Below the pieces are notes generated by a model that did not search any database, was not told the DNA's origin, and was given only the letters and a program-made list of their open reading frames with translations. DNA of 64,000 nt, from positions 111,416-175,415 of IMG/VR virus record IMGVR_UViG_3300027850_000002; one strand, given 5' to 3'. The position numbers and the translations under genes were made by a program. The DNA is from a virus. Below are positions 63,223-64,000 of this stretch, piece by piece; the first letter of the stretch is position 1; the number at the start of each line of letters is the position of its first letter.

Positions 63223-63377
63223 GTCGATTGCGCTCCTACAAAAATAGGTTTGTGGGTGTCCGACCGTCTAAACGGGACTGGATGCTACTAACATGGACGG
63301 CTTGAGCACCATGAACAGCACGTCGTACGTCTTGTACGCCGTTGCAGCGCGCGTGTTTATCGTGTAAGCCTCAGAGG

Positions 63378-64000
63378 ATGAGCGACCATGCCATCCCCAC
63401 CACATACAACGGTGTCCGATTCCGCTCGCGACTCGAGGCGCGTTGGGCCGCATTCTTTGATCTCTGCAAGTGGCCGTGGTCGTACGAGCCTCTCGACCTC
63501 AAGGGTTACATTCCTGACTTCATTCTCTCGTTCAAGTCTCCACTGCTTGTCGAGGTGAAGCCCTTGATGTGGGACTCTTCGTTCGAGGAGCAAGAAGCTG
63601 TCACGGCAGCACAGAGAAAGATTGCAACTGCTGGATGGCGGAAGGAATCGATCATCGTGGGTGCCCGCGTCATCCAAGGGCCTGTTCTAGACAACAAGCT
63701 CGGCGTATGCAGTGATCGACACGTCCATTATGACGCTTTCGATACGCCAGTCTCTGCTGAGTTTATATGGGACGACGCGTTTTACTATTGTTGTTCGAAC
63801 TGTAAGCAGGCCACATTCGGAAATACAACACAGTCATGGCGTTGTCGTACGTCCGATTGTTACGACGGAGACCGCTATCTGACGGATGGATGGGATGCCG
63901 CTGCGATGTTTAACGAGGCGGGCAACAAGGTACAGTGGAAGGCGCCTCAGTCATCAATAGTTAAGACGCGAGGCAAGGTACGTACCAAACCACGCGCCAG
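63378..64000 (+). CDS. PD-(D/E)XK nuclease, 3'-partial
   Basis: YNGVRFRSRLEARWAAFFD...YEP...YIPDF...VEVKP. Open to the window end. Confidence 0.8.
   Translation, partial: MSDHAIPTTYNGVRFRSRLEARWAAFFDLCKWPWSYEPLDLKGYIPDFILSFKSPLLVEVKPLMWDSSFEEQEAVTAAQRKIATAGWRKESIIVGARVIQGPVLDNKLGVCSDRHVHYDAFDTPVSAEFIWDDAFYYCCSNCKQATFGNTTQSWRCRTSDCYDGDRYLTDGWDAAAMFNEAGNKVQWKAPQSSIVKTRGKVRTKPRA

Noticed and set aside
63266-63300. Third copy of the GTCTAAA promoter motif
   Set aside because: GTCTAAA is present but no GGYATAAG follows at 16-17 nt.
1-64000. Stop-codon reassignment, tRNA genes
   Set aside because: Well-supported genes end at TAA, TAG and TGA with tight coupling to the next start. I recognised no tRNA cloverleaf by eye, though tRNAscan-SE should confirm.

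Overview
This window is a 64-kb segment of a large tailed phage with a contractile tail (a myovirus). It is GC-rich, roughly 60% judged by eye and not computed. Lipoproteins rich in DAG/DGG motifs and a stand-alone receiver domain weakly suggest a Myxococcota-like host. Layout: (i) 1-16.9 kb (+) late genes: neck, tail terminator, sheath, tube, central spike, a lysis cluster and several Gly/Ala-rich proteins; (ii) 16.9-34.8 kb, mostly (-), early/middle genes: HerA-like ATPase, 5'(3')-nucleotidase, Dam-like methylase, CheY-like receiver, methyltransferase, SLOG, macro-like, RyR, GIY-YIG, dCMP deaminase; (iii) 34.8-44.6 kb tail-appendage paralogues including a Kelch beta-propeller, a 2H-phosphoesterase/kinase fusion and an SLT; (iv) 44.6-54.6 kb (-) dense small ORFs dominated by one zinc-finger family; (v) an AT-rich gap, then 55-63 kb (+) tail fibre/decoration genes and a partial PD-(D/E)XK nuclease. 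Best candidate for an undescribed system: at least 6-7 otherwise unrelated proteins share a short helical tag, [YF]xxGxxxA[LAC]xx[FYH][GAK], often next to K-x-A sites. The proteins carrying the tag and/or K-x-A sites hold diverse cargo (ATP-grasp ligase, P-loop kinase, Acb1-like 2H phosphoesterase plus kinase, glycine zippers), and several sit behind a CTATAAT promoter. I interpret this as a tag-directed, protease-matured, virion-packaged effector repertoire. Other notable signals are ~15 tandem HC3-type zinc-finger mini-proteins, a covarying boxB-like hairpin fused to the Shine-Dalgarno (SD) sequence of four early genes, and widespread leaderless promoters. I recognised no tRNA, rRNA, CRISPR array, integrase or reverse transcriptase. 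All family assignments come from motif recognition by eye, not database searches.
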